Shown: positions 9,579-19,263, numbered from the stretch's first letter. The stretch: 64,000 nt of DNA from an uncultured Bdellovibrionales bacterium (GCA_964523015.1 CAZFXN010000003.1:22117-86116); one strand, 5' to 3'. The notes: generated by a model from the sequence alone, not told the origin. Program-made: numbers and translations.

Positions 9579-10541
9579 TTAACCTAAAACTCCAATTAAG
9601 ATCATTACTGCAATTAAAATTCCTAGAAAACTCATACCGATTAACAATGCACCAAATTTAAAATTTCGTGGAGCACGCGATTTCTTGGCTGACTGACTAA
9701 CATTGATCTCTTTCTTACTTAAGAACCCAACAGGAAGTTCATTTTTAAGCTGTCCTCCAATCGGAATGATTGAAACTGTAATATTGTCATAGCCTCCTCG
9801 TGACTTTGCTAGCTCAACGAGTTGAACGCACGCTCTTTGAGGTGAACTACTAGATACGATATTAGCCATCTCGCCATCACTGACCAAACTGTAAAGCCCA
9901 TCAGAACAGAGAAGGATATAATCAATCGGATCAGCACCTACAGCGTCCCAGATCCATAACTTATCAACATCAATTTCTAGCCCTGGCTCTGAACCAATAC
10001 ATCGAGTCAAGACATGAGCTTGTGGATGAGACATTGCATCTTCAGCTCCTATTTTACCTTTATCAACTAAATCTTGAACGTATGTGTGATCGGTGGTTAG
10101 CTGTTGAATCGCAGCATCTCTGATTAGATAAGCTCTAGAATCTCCAGCGTGTGCAATTGAAACTTCAGATCCATTAAACATCACCGCAACCACAGTTGTA
10201 CCCATTCCTGAGAAAGCTGGATTTTGTCTTCGTAAAACAATAACTCGATTAGCTTCAAGAATTGCGGCTTTAAGTGCAACTTCAACTGGACGTGCCGGAA
10301 GATTTTCTAGATCACGACGGATAGCATCAATTGCTAATTGAGCAGCTAGCTCTCCACCCATTGCGCCGCCCATGCCATCACAGACAATCCAAGCAAGACC
10401 TGAGGAACTTTCGATCACTGCATAGCGATCTTCATTCAACTCACGTTCACAACCTGTGTCAGTAATAGCAGCAGGAACAAGCGGATCCCCTCCGGTATTC
10501 TCGCTGTCTCCTTCACCTTTTTTAAATCCTTGCAGTAACAT
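9579..10541 (-). CDS. PP2C-family Ser/Thr phosphatase with C-terminal TM anchor
   Basis: Motifs seen are EDRY, CDGMGGAMGGELAA, AHAGDSRAY, CSDGLYS and GGYDNITV. The C-terminal hydrophobic helix is LLIGMSFLGILIAVMILIGVL. Confidence 0.9.
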   Translation of the reverse strand: MLLQGFKKGEGDSENTGGDPLVPAAITDTGCERELNEDRYAVIESSSGLAWIVCDGMGGAMGGELAAQLAIDAIRRDLENLPARPVEVALKAAILEANRVIVLRRQNPAFSGMGTTVVAVMFNGSEVSIAHAGDSRAYLIRDAAIQQLTTDHTYVQDLVDKGKIGAEDAMSHPQAHVLTRCIGSEPGLEIDVDKLWIWDAVGADPIDYILLCSDGLYSLVSDGEMANIVSSSSPQRACVQLVELAKSRGGYDNITVSIIPIGGQLKNELPVGFLSKKEINVSQSAKKSRAPRNFKFGALLIGMSFLGILIAVMILIGVLG

Positions 10542-10809
10542 GAAAACCTTTCAAAGTTATTGCGTTTGCACCTTGTAAAAGTACAAACCAAAATTACCAA
10601 TGTGTTGAGATCACTCTAGTGGTGTACTCTCCCTTCTTCGCTTTCCCAAACGGAGGGTAAAACTTTACCCTGTGTCATATAATCGGCTGATATGTGCTTT
10701 ATCTATAATATATTACAGAGATTTTTAGTTGGGAAATAATCATATCGCTGTTCTGCTAGTCAGAACAGAATAAATCTGGGAAATTTCATAACCTACTTAT
10801 TTCATTAGA

Positions 10810-11268
10810 CTAATTTTTCAAGATCTCAAATACGCAATTTTCTTTATCTGGTCTACACCGTGCAAGGTACCCCTGCTTCGCTATCCAACTTTCAAGCTCC
10901 ACCCATCCGGCATCATTTACCTGGTAATCCGAGATCTTATCTCCTTTTTTACGCTTAAGAGGAAATCCTGCCCCCTGCCACCGTGCTTTTAAGCTCTCAA
11001 AGCGTCCCCCAACTAAGGCTCGCAATTTAGAAAGTGAGTCTATCACAATCCATTCACTCTCCGCATTAACATCTCCCTCTGCCGAGCTCGCAGGTTGTCC
11101 TGACAAACTAAATCGAAGTGCTAATTGATGAACTAAGAAATCTTTATTTTTCTTAAACGCCTCATTAAAGACTTGGCTAAGAAGATCTTCAGAATCTCTT
11201 ACAATAGTATTTGGAAATCTTTTTTGTTCTTGTTCAGTCATAACTAATAATAAATGTACCTGTTTCAA
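10810..11268 (-). CDS. hypothetical protein (152 aa)
   Basis: Intact ORF in the same orientation as the upstream sensor gene, separated from it by a 24-nt gap. No motif recognised. Confidence 0.45.
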   Translation of the reverse strand: MKQVHLLLVMTEQEQKRFPNTIVRDSEDLLSQVFNEAFKKNKDFLVHQLALRFSLSGQPASSAEGDVNAESEWIVIDSLSKLRALVGGRFESLKARWQGAGFPLKRKKGDKISDYQVNDAGWVELESWIAKQGYLARCRPDKENCVFEILKN

Positions 11269-11292
11269 TGGTAAAGTATCCTCTAAGTTTGA

Positions 11293-14106
11293 TTAGATAC
11301 TCTTTCCCCCATGTCCATCAAGCAACTCTTTAATCTCAAAAAAAAGTTTTCTCCTTCCTACTGGTTTGGTTAAATATTTACTCGCTCCAGCAGAGAATAT
11401 CTGATCCTTTAAATTATCCTCAATGTTTCCACTGACTACTATAATTGGTATCCCAGTACCATACTGAGTACGGATCTCTCGAACTAAATCTAATCCATTT
11501 TCTTGATCTAACTGCAAGTCGGTCACCACTAAAGATGGGGGCTCTCCTTTTTCAAGCAATAGCTCTCTAGCTTTTGCAAGATTAGTAGCACTGCCACATG
11601 TTAACCCCAAAGCTTCCGCCACACTACTATAAAACGTAACGATCTCTGCTTTGTCATCTACTAAAAGTACCCAACCTCCGCTCATCACCTCTCTTTGCTC
11701 AACCTTAGCAACCTTAAAAGTAATTTTAACGATATTATGATTTTCCCCTAGTCCCTTTGAAAAATCGATCCTCGCTTGACTTAAGGCAAAGAAATTTTTA
11801 ATTGATCTAAGAGAATCGGTATCTCTCCCCTGTATAAAATAATCATCTATTTTAGACTTTCGCTCAGAGGAATCTGTAATTTGGACTACTACTAGGCCCT
11901 CCTCAGTCCAAGCTTTTAGCTTAATGACATCATCACAACCAAAATTACGTGTCGCCGCCTTAAGCAAAGTCCTAAGTGATGCTTCTAAAAATTCACGACT
12001 TACTACCAGTATCCCTAATGATGCCTCAAGGTTTAAATCAACACTTTGCTTAGCGCCGCTTCTTCTAATTTTAAACTCAACAAATGCTGCGGCTTCCTCA
12101 AGAGCAGACACTATATTTACACGCTCAAGAGCTCCCGCCTTTTTCATCGAAGCAATTTCTCGCAACCATTTTACATCAGAAACACTTGCCGATAAGCTTC
12201 TAAGTGCGCCATCTAGATAAGAGATCTGCCCATTAAACCTCTCCTTAATTTCTTTGTAATTATCACTTTTCTCTTTCTCTACGACGATTCCTTCGAGTTG
12301 TTCAAGTACCGATCTACAATTATCTACCACAATGGATAAATCCTGAGCAGAATTGTTCACTAGATGAATGAGATGATTAAGATCCTCTTCCTTTGAATCA
12401 ATCCCACCACCACCAGTAACAATGACTTGCGAAACTCTTTGATTAAGCTTTTGAGGGCTGCGGCGAATTCCAATATTCTGAAGTAGTCCTGATGCATATT
12501 CTTGAAACTCGCGGGCTCCTATTAGCTTTACGGTGTAGGACACTGGCAAAAAGACATAAAAGATCTCGCTTTTATCTTCTGATGGTAGAATAACCCTACA
12601 AAAGTATATACTGCTTGGAATCTCCCCAAACCAGTAGAATAGTGCTGGATCAAACTGTCGACCCATATGTTTTTTAAAAAGAAGTCCTACGGCATTATCT
12701 TGATCTCTGGCAAGGCTAACTAAACCTTGAACAAATAGTGGATCAATATCACGAGTGCCGATCTGGCCTCCTCCCAAAATTATACTCTCAGATTTTCCAT
12801 AGGTAACTAGTATTCGCTTGGCATCTCCGAGTAATCTCAAGCTCTCAGATAAGCTTTCGATCAAATTTTTGGGATCTAGAATCTCTCTCGTTGTTGTCAA
12901 TAATCGAGGGAGTAAAACTGCACTGGAAAATCTTACATAATGTCGAGCATTCCTATACATAGTGTAAACTATTACAAATCCATCTAGCATAAACATAAAT
13001 ATAGGAGTACTGGATGCGATCACATGAATAGCTGCAAAAACAGAGAATAGGATAGTTATTGCTATATTAAATTCTTTAATCCAAGGAACAGTAGAGAGCC
13101 CTAACATGATCAACAACAATCCAGTTTCAGAAGTCGATAAATCGATCACCCCGTAAACAAAGGCATTCATCCACCAGATAAAAAAGCTACATCCAGCAAG
13201 AAGCCAGAGTGACTGAAGCTCATATAAATTATCCCTTCTCGAGCTTTGAAAAAATATTATTACCTGAATCAAAAGTATTATTACCCAAGAGACATAGTAG
13301 GGTACGTCTCTACAATTTTCAGAAATTGCAAAAAAGAGAACGGCTGCGCCGACAATGATTGCAAGGGGAACAAACCGCCAACGAAATTCTTTATCCATAC
13401 TCTCAGCAAGAAATGTTGCTGAAGAGGAGAGCTTGCTATAGGTCTGAGAACCTGATTTTTCTCTCTCATTAATGCTCTCTTCTGATCTTGCTCCCTCAGC
13501 ATCCTTTAATGATTCATCGAGATCAAAATTTCCCTGGGTATTCTGTTCATCGATCTTTTTTGCTGACAAAGCGATAAGCGTTGATACGATTATCGATCCC
13601 GCACCTATCAACCAGGACTGATTTTCTGCAAAAACAATGTCATAAAGAAATAAAAGAACAGAGAAGATAATTACCGGAGCGATCACGTAGATAATTGATC
13701 TGACTTTTAATCTCATCACAGAAAGCAATGAGATCGCTATTGCTGTCGGTACAAAAAAAGTAGCGACCAGCGGTAGCTTAAATCCGATCACACCGACAAA
13801 TAAAATTATACTAATCCAAAAAAATTCAGCTCTAAGAATATTGAGGGTTAAGTATAAAGCTCGTTTTTGATAGAGCAGATTGAGCAAAAAAAGGGCAATA
13901 ATTACTGATAATTTGATTGCCAAAGACTCAGTTGTTAATAATGGTGAGAAGATATCCTCCCAGGGCAGAATATTTGGACGGATAGCGGAAAAAACAATCA
14001 ATGCCACAAAGGCAATAAATTGTGGAACGATTACATGACTGTAAAAGATCCGAATCTCCCCGATCGGAAGACTGATCCAAGTTGGTGATTTTTTAACCTC
14101 TAACAT
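11293..14106 (-). CDS. polytopic membrane sensor with histidine-kinase-like core (ATP-lid motifs not recognisable) and C-terminal receiver domain
   Basis: 937 aa. The first ~400 aa contain about 10 or more TM helices interrupted by an acidic loop. A candidate H-box is EEDLNHLIHLVNNSAQDLS. The receiver is VLLVDDK...VVTDLQL...IIVVSG...LTKP. I could not find the usual DxGxG / GxGLGL ATP-lid motifs. Confidence 0.7.
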   Translation of the reverse strand: MLEVKKSPTWISLPIGEIRIFYSHVIVPQFIAFVALIVFSAIRPNILPWEDIFSPLLTTESLAIKLSVIIALFLLNLLYQKRALYLTLNILRAEFFWISIILFVGVIGFKLPLVATFFVPTAIAISLLSVMRLKVRSIIYVIAPVIIFSVLLFLYDIVFAENQSWLIGAGSIIVSTLIALSAKKIDEQNTQGNFDLDESLKDAEGARSEESINEREKSGSQTYSKLSSSATFLAESMDKEFRWRFVPLAIIVGAAVLFFAISENCRDVPYYVSWVIILLIQVIIFFQSSRRDNLYELQSLWLLAGCSFFIWWMNAFVYGVIDLSTSETGLLLIMLGLSTVPWIKEFNIAITILFSVFAAIHVIASSTPIFMFMLDGFVIVYTMYRNARHYVRFSSAVLLPRLLTTTREILDPKNLIESLSESLRLLGDAKRILVTYGKSESIILGGGQIGTRDIDPLFVQGLVSLARDQDNAVGLLFKKHMGRQFDPALFYWFGEIPSSIYFCRVILPSEDKSEIFYVFLPVSYTVKLIGAREFQEYASGLLQNIGIRRSPQKLNQRVSQVIVTGGGGIDSKEEDLNHLIHLVNNSAQDLSIVVDNCRSVLEQLEGIVVEKEKSDNYKEIKERFNGQISYLDGALRSLSASVSDVKWLREIASMKKAGALERVNIVSALEEAAAFVEFKIRRSGAKQSVDLNLEASLGILVVSREFLEASLRTLLKAATRNFGCDDVIKLKAWTEEGLVVVQITDSSERKSKIDDYFIQGRDTDSLRSIKNFFALSQARIDFSKGLGENHNIVKITFKVAKVEQREVMSGGWVLLVDDKAEIVTFYSSVAEALGLTCGSATNLAKARELLLEKGEPPSLVVTDLQLDQENGLDLVREIRTQYGTGIPIIVVSGNIEDNLKDQIFSAGASKYLTKPVGRRKLFFEIKELLDGHGGKSI

Positions 14107-14144
14107 GAACCTAGTTAAAACCTTATTGCCTATTAATAAATTCT

Positions 14145-14744
14145 CTAAGAAACTTCAGGATCCAGCTCCTGTGAACACTTAGCGCATTTAACCTTTCCAA
14201 TAACCTCAGGTGGTAATTGTGGAACACCATGAAAAGTTACAATGTATATTACATTACCGCATGATTTACATGGTGGCAGAGTCCCATCCATATTCTGAAA
14301 TAACTTTCGACTACTTGAATCAACATAATTGAGTAAAAATTCCTCAAGAGGGATTCCATCAACAGAATTGCCTAGGGAGGCACCAATAATCTCTTTAATA
14401 CGAGCAAGAAACTTATCATTTTGGGCTTGCGGAGAGCCTTTGACAATATAGTCTGCCGCTCCTTCAGTAATAAATCTTTGCTTAAGATGGACCGAGGGGT
14501 TCCCGGTAAAGATTACAATATAGGACACCTTGCCTAATCTTCTTAGATCATGAAACAAGTGAGATCCAGATTTGTCACCTAATCCAATATCTAAAATGGC
14601 CAGTCGAAATTGAGAAGCTAGAATCGCTTGCTCTGCCTGTCCCACGCTTTCACAAGACTCAACTGAATAACCACTATCAGAAAAAAGTTTTGTTAACCGT
14701 TCTCGTTCACCAATCTGATCTTCTACAACTAAAATATCTTTCAC
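14145..14744 (-). CDS. response-regulator receiver protein with C-terminal CxxC...CxxC zinc-ribbon-like tail
   Basis: Receiver motifs seen are ILVVEDQ, LAILDIGL, IVIFTG and IVKG. The tail is PPCKSCG...KCAKCSQ. GTG start preceded by a GGGGG SD-like run. Confidence 0.8.
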   Translation of the reverse strand: MKDILVVEDQIGERERLTKLFSDSGYSVESCESVGQAEQAILASQFRLAILDIGLGDKSGSHLFHDLRRLGKVSYIVIFTGNPSVHLKQRFITEGAADYIVKGSPQAQNDKFLARIKEIIGASLGNSVDGIPLEEFLLNYVDSSSRKLFQNMDGTLPPCKSCGNVIYIVTFHGVPQLPPEVIGKVKCAKCSQELDPEVS

Positions 14745-14998
14745 TAATTACCCCCAAGGTAAATCATTTAACGGATCTATATTTAGCCATAGCAGGCTTA
14801 TGGTATCCTTATTGTAAAATCGTACTTAATTGACCGTTATCCTAAGATAAAGTCGGCATAAAAAAAGCTGCCATTAACACTCAATTTCATGCATCAAATC
14901 TTTAAGGCTTGGTGTTTAATTTTTATAACAATGTTACTCCCTAGAGAGTCTCTGTTTGCTCTCTAAAACCTATTTAGTGACTGTTATGTAAGGATAAT

Positions 14999-16306
14999 AT
15001 GGCATCTGAGGATGTCTGCATACTTCTTAATGAGAGAGAGTCAGCAAAAGCAAAAGCTGCCGAGTCGCTACTCCTGAAATTTAAGGAGCATAATATAACA
15101 GCGTCTCGAATTACAGCAGATGCTAAGATTGAAAAAACTCTAAAACAGAGGTCTCCAAAGATAGTCATCTTAGACTACGTTATCGGAGACTTTACTACCG
15201 GTCTCGACCTCCTTAGCAGCTTTGCAGATCTAGATGATCGACCAGAATTTATATTTCTAACTGATGAGCCTAGTGTACCTGTAGCAGTGGATGCTCTACG
15301 ACTTGGGGCAAAAAATTATATTGAGCTACATAATCCTGAAGCCACTAATATTATCCTTGAGGAAACAAAAGCAATCTTAAAACAGAGAACTCCCCGACTT
15401 CGTGCAGCTCCAGTAAAAGAGCGATTAAAATTTAAAAATTTTATAGCTCAATCCAAAAGCACAATAAGCTTAATTAATCAGGCCCGAGCTCATTTACTTA
15501 GCAAATCTCCTCTTACGATCATATTGGGACCAAAAGGTGCTGGAAGATCTGCTTTAGCTGAAGCTATGCAGCTTGAGCGAAATTCGACTGCATTTTGCCG
15601 ATCCTTAAACTGGGACTTATATCATCGAGACATAAATGAACTGACTGGTATAAAGACAGTAGATAATAAATCCCTAAAGCTTGGATTAAATCTCTCCTTG
15701 ATATTAGATCATGTTTCCTCAGGATACACTAATTTACTTGAATTTATTGAAGGTAATCTCAAAGACTATTGGTCTTCAAGAGACCTAACCGCAAATGATT
15801 CCTTTCTTACAATCTGCACTGAGGATGAAGGCTGTGCAAAGGCTTGGCACAATATATTTGAAGTTCCTATTCTTACTATGCCATCACTTAGTGAGAGGAA
15901 AGAGGATCTACCAGCCCTAGCCAGACATTTTCAATCTGAGGCAAGTTCACTTTCCGGCTCAAAAATGACAGCACTAAATAATGACATACTAGGAAAACTT
16001 TCTGATTTTAATTGGATCGGTAATGTAAAGCAGTTACGAGCGGTAACTATTGATGCTTGTCTCATCTCTCATACTTCTGAACAGGAGATAGAGGATATGG
16101 TGCGTGAAAGTTATGAAAGGTCACTAGAATATTTCAAAGAGCCAACTTCAAATTCACTAGAGCCGTACACTATTGCTTCTATGATTGAGCATTGTGACGG
16201 AGATATCAGGGTAGCTGCCGCATCCCTTGGAATTTCAATTACTCAGGTTAAATCGATCCTAAAGCTACCTTCATCAGTTGATTCATCACAACCAAGGAGC
16301 AGTTAA
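14999..16306 (+). CDS. NtrC-family-like protein: receiver-like domain + degenerate AAA+ sigma-54-interaction domain + Fis-type HTH
   Basis: A Walker-A-like ILGPKGAGRSALAEAM is present. Walker B is altered (LILDHV instead of hhhDE). No GAFTGA-type loop was seen. NWIGNVKQLRAV resembles WPGNVRELEN. C-terminal HTH is DIRVAAASLGISITQVKSIL. Confidence 0.65.
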   Translation: MASEDVCILLNERESAKAKAAESLLLKFKEHNITASRITADAKIEKTLKQRSPKIVILDYVIGDFTTGLDLLSSFADLDDRPEFIFLTDEPSVPVAVDALRLGAKNYIELHNPEATNIILEETKAILKQRTPRLRAAPVKERLKFKNFIAQSKSTISLINQARAHLLSKSPLTIILGPKGAGRSALAEAMQLERNSTAFCRSLNWDLYHRDINELTGIKTVDNKSLKLGLNLSLILDHVSSGYTNLLEFIEGNLKDYWSSRDLTANDSFLTICTEDEGCAKAWHNIFEVPILTMPSLSERKEDLPALARHFQSEASSLSGSKMTALNNDILGKLSDFNWIGNVKQLRAVTIDACLISHTSEQEIEDMVRESYERSLEYFKEPTSNSLEPYTIASMIEHCDGDIRVAAASLGISITQVKSILKLPSSVDSSQPRSS

Positions 16307-17850
16307 TGAATCAATACGCTCAAAAAAAACGAAATGTGACAGCCGGAATTATCGGTGGAATTGATTTTCAACGTCGCTTTCATTCATCACTTTCTAGCCA
16401 TAGCTCTGTGGTCAGCTCTTTTGCTTGCTCCCCAATTGAAGCCTGGGGAGAAACATTAGGTCACAAACCTAACTGCTTAATCATTGAGGTTGGAATTAAC
16501 TATTCTCAAAGAGATCATATCTGGCTTAGAGACTTTTTAAATCAAGTCAGAGATCGTTTCGACAAAGATGTTTATATTATCTTAACATTACTTGCTCCAG
16601 AAAAACTTTTTTATGCCGGGGATCTGTTATTTACCTCTGAAAATTCACTTGAGGCTTCCGGTTATATCGATACATTTCTGGCTCAAGCTCCAGCTGGTTT
16701 CACTAACGTTCCTAGCCTTGAAACTCAAATTGTCCAAGCCATCTCTTTATTAAGCCACGAATTTGAACGGCGAGAAGGTGGGTTACCACCAACTCCGGCG
16801 CTTGCTGCAGATGGTTGGGTGCATTCTTTAGCTGACCCACAAAGCCGAGAACTCTGGATGCTCTGGTTACCAAAGTATGCTTCTTATACAAATGAAAACC
16901 CGATTATTACCGGCCCAACTGGTGCAGGAAAAACACGACTTGCTCAAGCATTGCATATTCTATCAGGACGTACCGGGCCATTTATCAGTATTACACCAAG
17001 AGACTTTTCCTCATCTGAACTAATTCAAGCTGAGTTATTTGGGGCTGTAGCTGGCGCCTATACCGGTGCCGTCGATAAGTGGGGGCTCGTTAAAAGCGCA
17101 GAAAATGGAACTCTTTTTATAGATGAATTACAAAGTATCGATAAAGATCTTCAAGGTAAGCTAATTACCTTTATTGAAAACAAAAGTTACCGCCGAGTCG
17201 GTAGCGCAGATACGGTCGAAGCAAACGTACGATTTGTATTCGCAACTAATCGAGCAATTCCGGAGTTAGTAAGTAACGAGACTTTGCGAGATGACTTCGC
17301 CTATAGACTAGAACGGGTACAATTAAACTTACCAGCCCTATCGCAACGTCGGCTTGATATTGCGGCAGGGTTAGCTTTTGCCTTAGCAAAGATCCGACGT
17401 CAGCGTCCCCAAACTAATCCGGTTATTGGAGTCTCGAGTCAAGCTTATAGACTTCTTTTTGGATACAGTTGGCCAGGAAATTTAAGGCAGCTAGAGAACA
17501 TCGTGGCAAAACTATGTGAACGCTCTGAGATCTCTGGACTCTCTTTAATCTCTGATGAGGTTGTGCATAGTGTATTTGATTCAAAACTAGATATGGTTCC
17601 AGCAAATCCAGCAGAGCTGGTAGCTACGGCTGCTCAAAGATTAACGAAATCAGCCATTAGTGCAGGGATAGAAAATCTTGAGGATGGAGTAATCGCACTT
17701 AAAAATGAAGCCAGGGCCGTTGCTCTAGAACTCGCTAATGGAGATTCCGCAAAAGCTGCAGAGCTTTTAGGTGAGAATTCTAATGTGCTAGATATATTTC
17801 TAAGTGCTAGAGTAGCAAAAGAGATGATATCCTCTCTAAGTGAGTCTTAG
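16306..17850 (+). CDS. sigma-54-dependent enhancer-binding protein (no receiver domain; novel ~190-aa N-domain)
   Basis: Motifs seen are Walker A ITGPTGAGKTRLAQAL, the loop ELFGAVAGAYTGAV (a GAYTGA variant of GAFTGA), Walker B LFIDELQ and YSWPGNLRQLENIV. A C-terminal HTH-like region is present. The ATG overlaps the upstream stop (TAATG), and GGAG lies upstream. Confidence 0.85.
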   Translation: MNQYAQKKRNVTAGIIGGIDFQRRFHSSLSSHSSVVSSFACSPIEAWGETLGHKPNCLIIEVGINYSQRDHIWLRDFLNQVRDRFDKDVYIILTLLAPEKLFYAGDLLFTSENSLEASGYIDTFLAQAPAGFTNVPSLETQIVQAISLLSHEFERREGGLPPTPALAADGWVHSLADPQSRELWMLWLPKYASYTNENPIITGPTGAGKTRLAQALHILSGRTGPFISITPRDFSSSELIQAELFGAVAGAYTGAVDKWGLVKSAENGTLFIDELQSIDKDLQGKLITFIENKSYRRVGSADTVEANVRFVFATNRAIPELVSNETLRDDFAYRLERVQLNLPALSQRRLDIAAGLAFALAKIRRQRPQTNPVIGVSSQAYRLLFGYSWPGNLRQLENIVAKLCERSEISGLSLISDEVVHSVFDSKLDMVPANPAELVATAAQRLTKSAISAGIENLEDGVIALKNEARAVALELANGDSAKAAELLGENSNVLDIFLSARVAKEMISSLSES

Positions 17851-17883
17851 CCAAATTTTTGAGTGGAAATTTAAAACAGTAAA

Positions 17884-18174
17884 ATGAAACCGGTAACCCT
17901 AAAAGAATTTCGTTCAGTGTCTCTTATCTCTGAAGAAGCCCTAGTTTGGCTTTTAGAGAGAAATGCTCTGCCGATTTCCATGGATGCTGAAAAAGGGATA
18001 ATGGTCGACATGGCAGCTGTAGAGACTGAGAAATTAATTCAGGCGTTAGTTAGAGAGCGAAAATCTGAAGATGCTGCTAATTTTAATCTAATGACTGAAC
18101 AAGCTGGAAAGATTATTCGCGATAATTTTGATACGATTATAGAAGCAGCAATTACTCGATTAAACCAAAAATAA
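17884..18174 (+). CDS. hypothetical small protein (96 aa)
   Basis: Intact ORF, co-directional with its neighbours and 13 nt upstream of the adenosyltransferase gene. No motif recognised. Confidence 0.4.
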   Translation: MKPVTLKEFRSVSLISEEALVWLLERNALPISMDAEKGIMVDMAAVETEKLIQALVRERKSEDAANFNLMTEQAGKIIRDNFDTIIEAAITRLNQK

Positions 18175-18187
18175 TTTAGGAAGATCA

Positions 18188-18781
18188 ATGGTTCGTATTA
18201 ACAAAATCTATACAAAAACTGGAGATGATGGCACTACTGCATTAGTAGACGGTTCCCGTGTAAGCAAATCCGATCCTAGAGTTTGCGCATACGGAGATGT
18301 TGATGAATTAAATTCTCTTTTGGGTATCATAAGAACATTTTCAGACATTGAGTGTGCTGAAAAAAAAGAGGCCTCTATCCTTTCAATGCGTCTAGCTATA
18401 ATCCAAAACGATCTATTTGATATCGGCGGAAATCTGGCTACTCCAAAAGGATTTGATAAATACCCTGTTTTTAGGGTTACTGATGCCACAATCCAAAAAC
18501 TTGAATCCTGGATTGATGAAGCTACTGCAGTACTACCACCTCTAACCTCTTTTGTTTTACCAGGCGGGACTAAGATAAATGCGTTTCTCCATCTTGCTCG
18601 TACAGTTTGCCGCAGGACAGAGAGAATCCTAATCCCTTTGATGGATAAAGGTGAGGTAGATAAAGAGATTATTATTTACTTTAATAGATTAAGTGATCTT
18701 TTATTTGCGCTCTGTCGTATAGAATCTCAACAGAAAGGAGATAAAGAATATCTTTGGAAACCTTCAAAGGTTACTGACTAG
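18188..18781 (+). CDS. PduO-type ATP:cob(I)alamin adenosyltransferase
   Basis: The N-terminal signature is IYTKTGDDGTTALVDGSRVSK. The length (197 aa) and the helical remainder are typical of the PduO/MMAB family. Confidence 0.85.
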   Translation: MVRINKIYTKTGDDGTTALVDGSRVSKSDPRVCAYGDVDELNSLLGIIRTFSDIECAEKKEASILSMRLAIIQNDLFDIGGNLATPKGFDKYPVFRVTDATIQKLESWIDEATAVLPPLTSFVLPGGTKINAFLHLARTVCRRTERILIPLMDKGEVDKEIIIYFNRLSDLLFALCRIESQQKGDKEYLWKPSKVTD

Positions 18782-18789
18782 GAAAGTGA

Positions 18790-19263
18790 CTACTTAGAAA
18801 CCTCAGCCCTCACCTCAGCCCTCACACCAGCACCGTGGTCAAATACGAGTGAGCCTCCTAGCCAACCGGTGTAAGAAACTAGAGCTGCCGAGGCGATTAA
18901 AAGCAATAAGAAGATCCATTTAAAAAGTTTTTTATTATATTTTGCAGCATCACTGATAAATTTAGTAGCTACACACGGGGTAAGAGTAAACAAAGATACC
19001 CTAGCCCAAAAAAAATGATCTCCGACTGCTGAATCAGGCACTATAAAAGATTTATTCATAAACTCACTTGCTTCATGACCAGAGAAATAGGCAACCGTAG
19101 CGAATAGCAGGGCAGCTAATAGAGTTACCCGAGAAAACACTGAAACTTGATTAGAGTTCGGCACGATCACTACCCATATCTCACAGGTGATCGCTACAAA
19201 AATCAAAACAAGTGGAAACGCAACGAGTGGTGGATGCAATGACGCAAATATTTCTGCTACCAT
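18790..19263 (-). CDS. small polytopic membrane protein, DUF2231-like
   Basis: 157 aa with 4 TM helices. The N-terminal HPPLVAFPLVLIF resembles the HP-x-x-V-H-x-P motif of DUF2231. The ATG overlaps the upstream stop (TAATG at 19261-19265). Confidence 0.55.
   Translation of the reverse strand: MVAEIFASLHPPLVAFPLVLIFVAITCEIWVVIVPNSNQVSVFSRVTLLAALLFATVAYFSGHEASEFMNKSFIVPDSAVGDHFFWARVSLFTLTPCVATKFISDAAKYNKKLFKWIFLLLLIASAALVSYTGWLGGSLVFDHGAGVRAEVRAEVSK

Noticed and set aside
10748-10770. Inverted repeat CTGTTCTG-ctagt-CAGAACAG downstream of the 152-aa ORF as a terminator
   Set aside because: The stem is only 8 bp and AT-rich, with no adjacent U-run on the minus strand. It is too weak to call.
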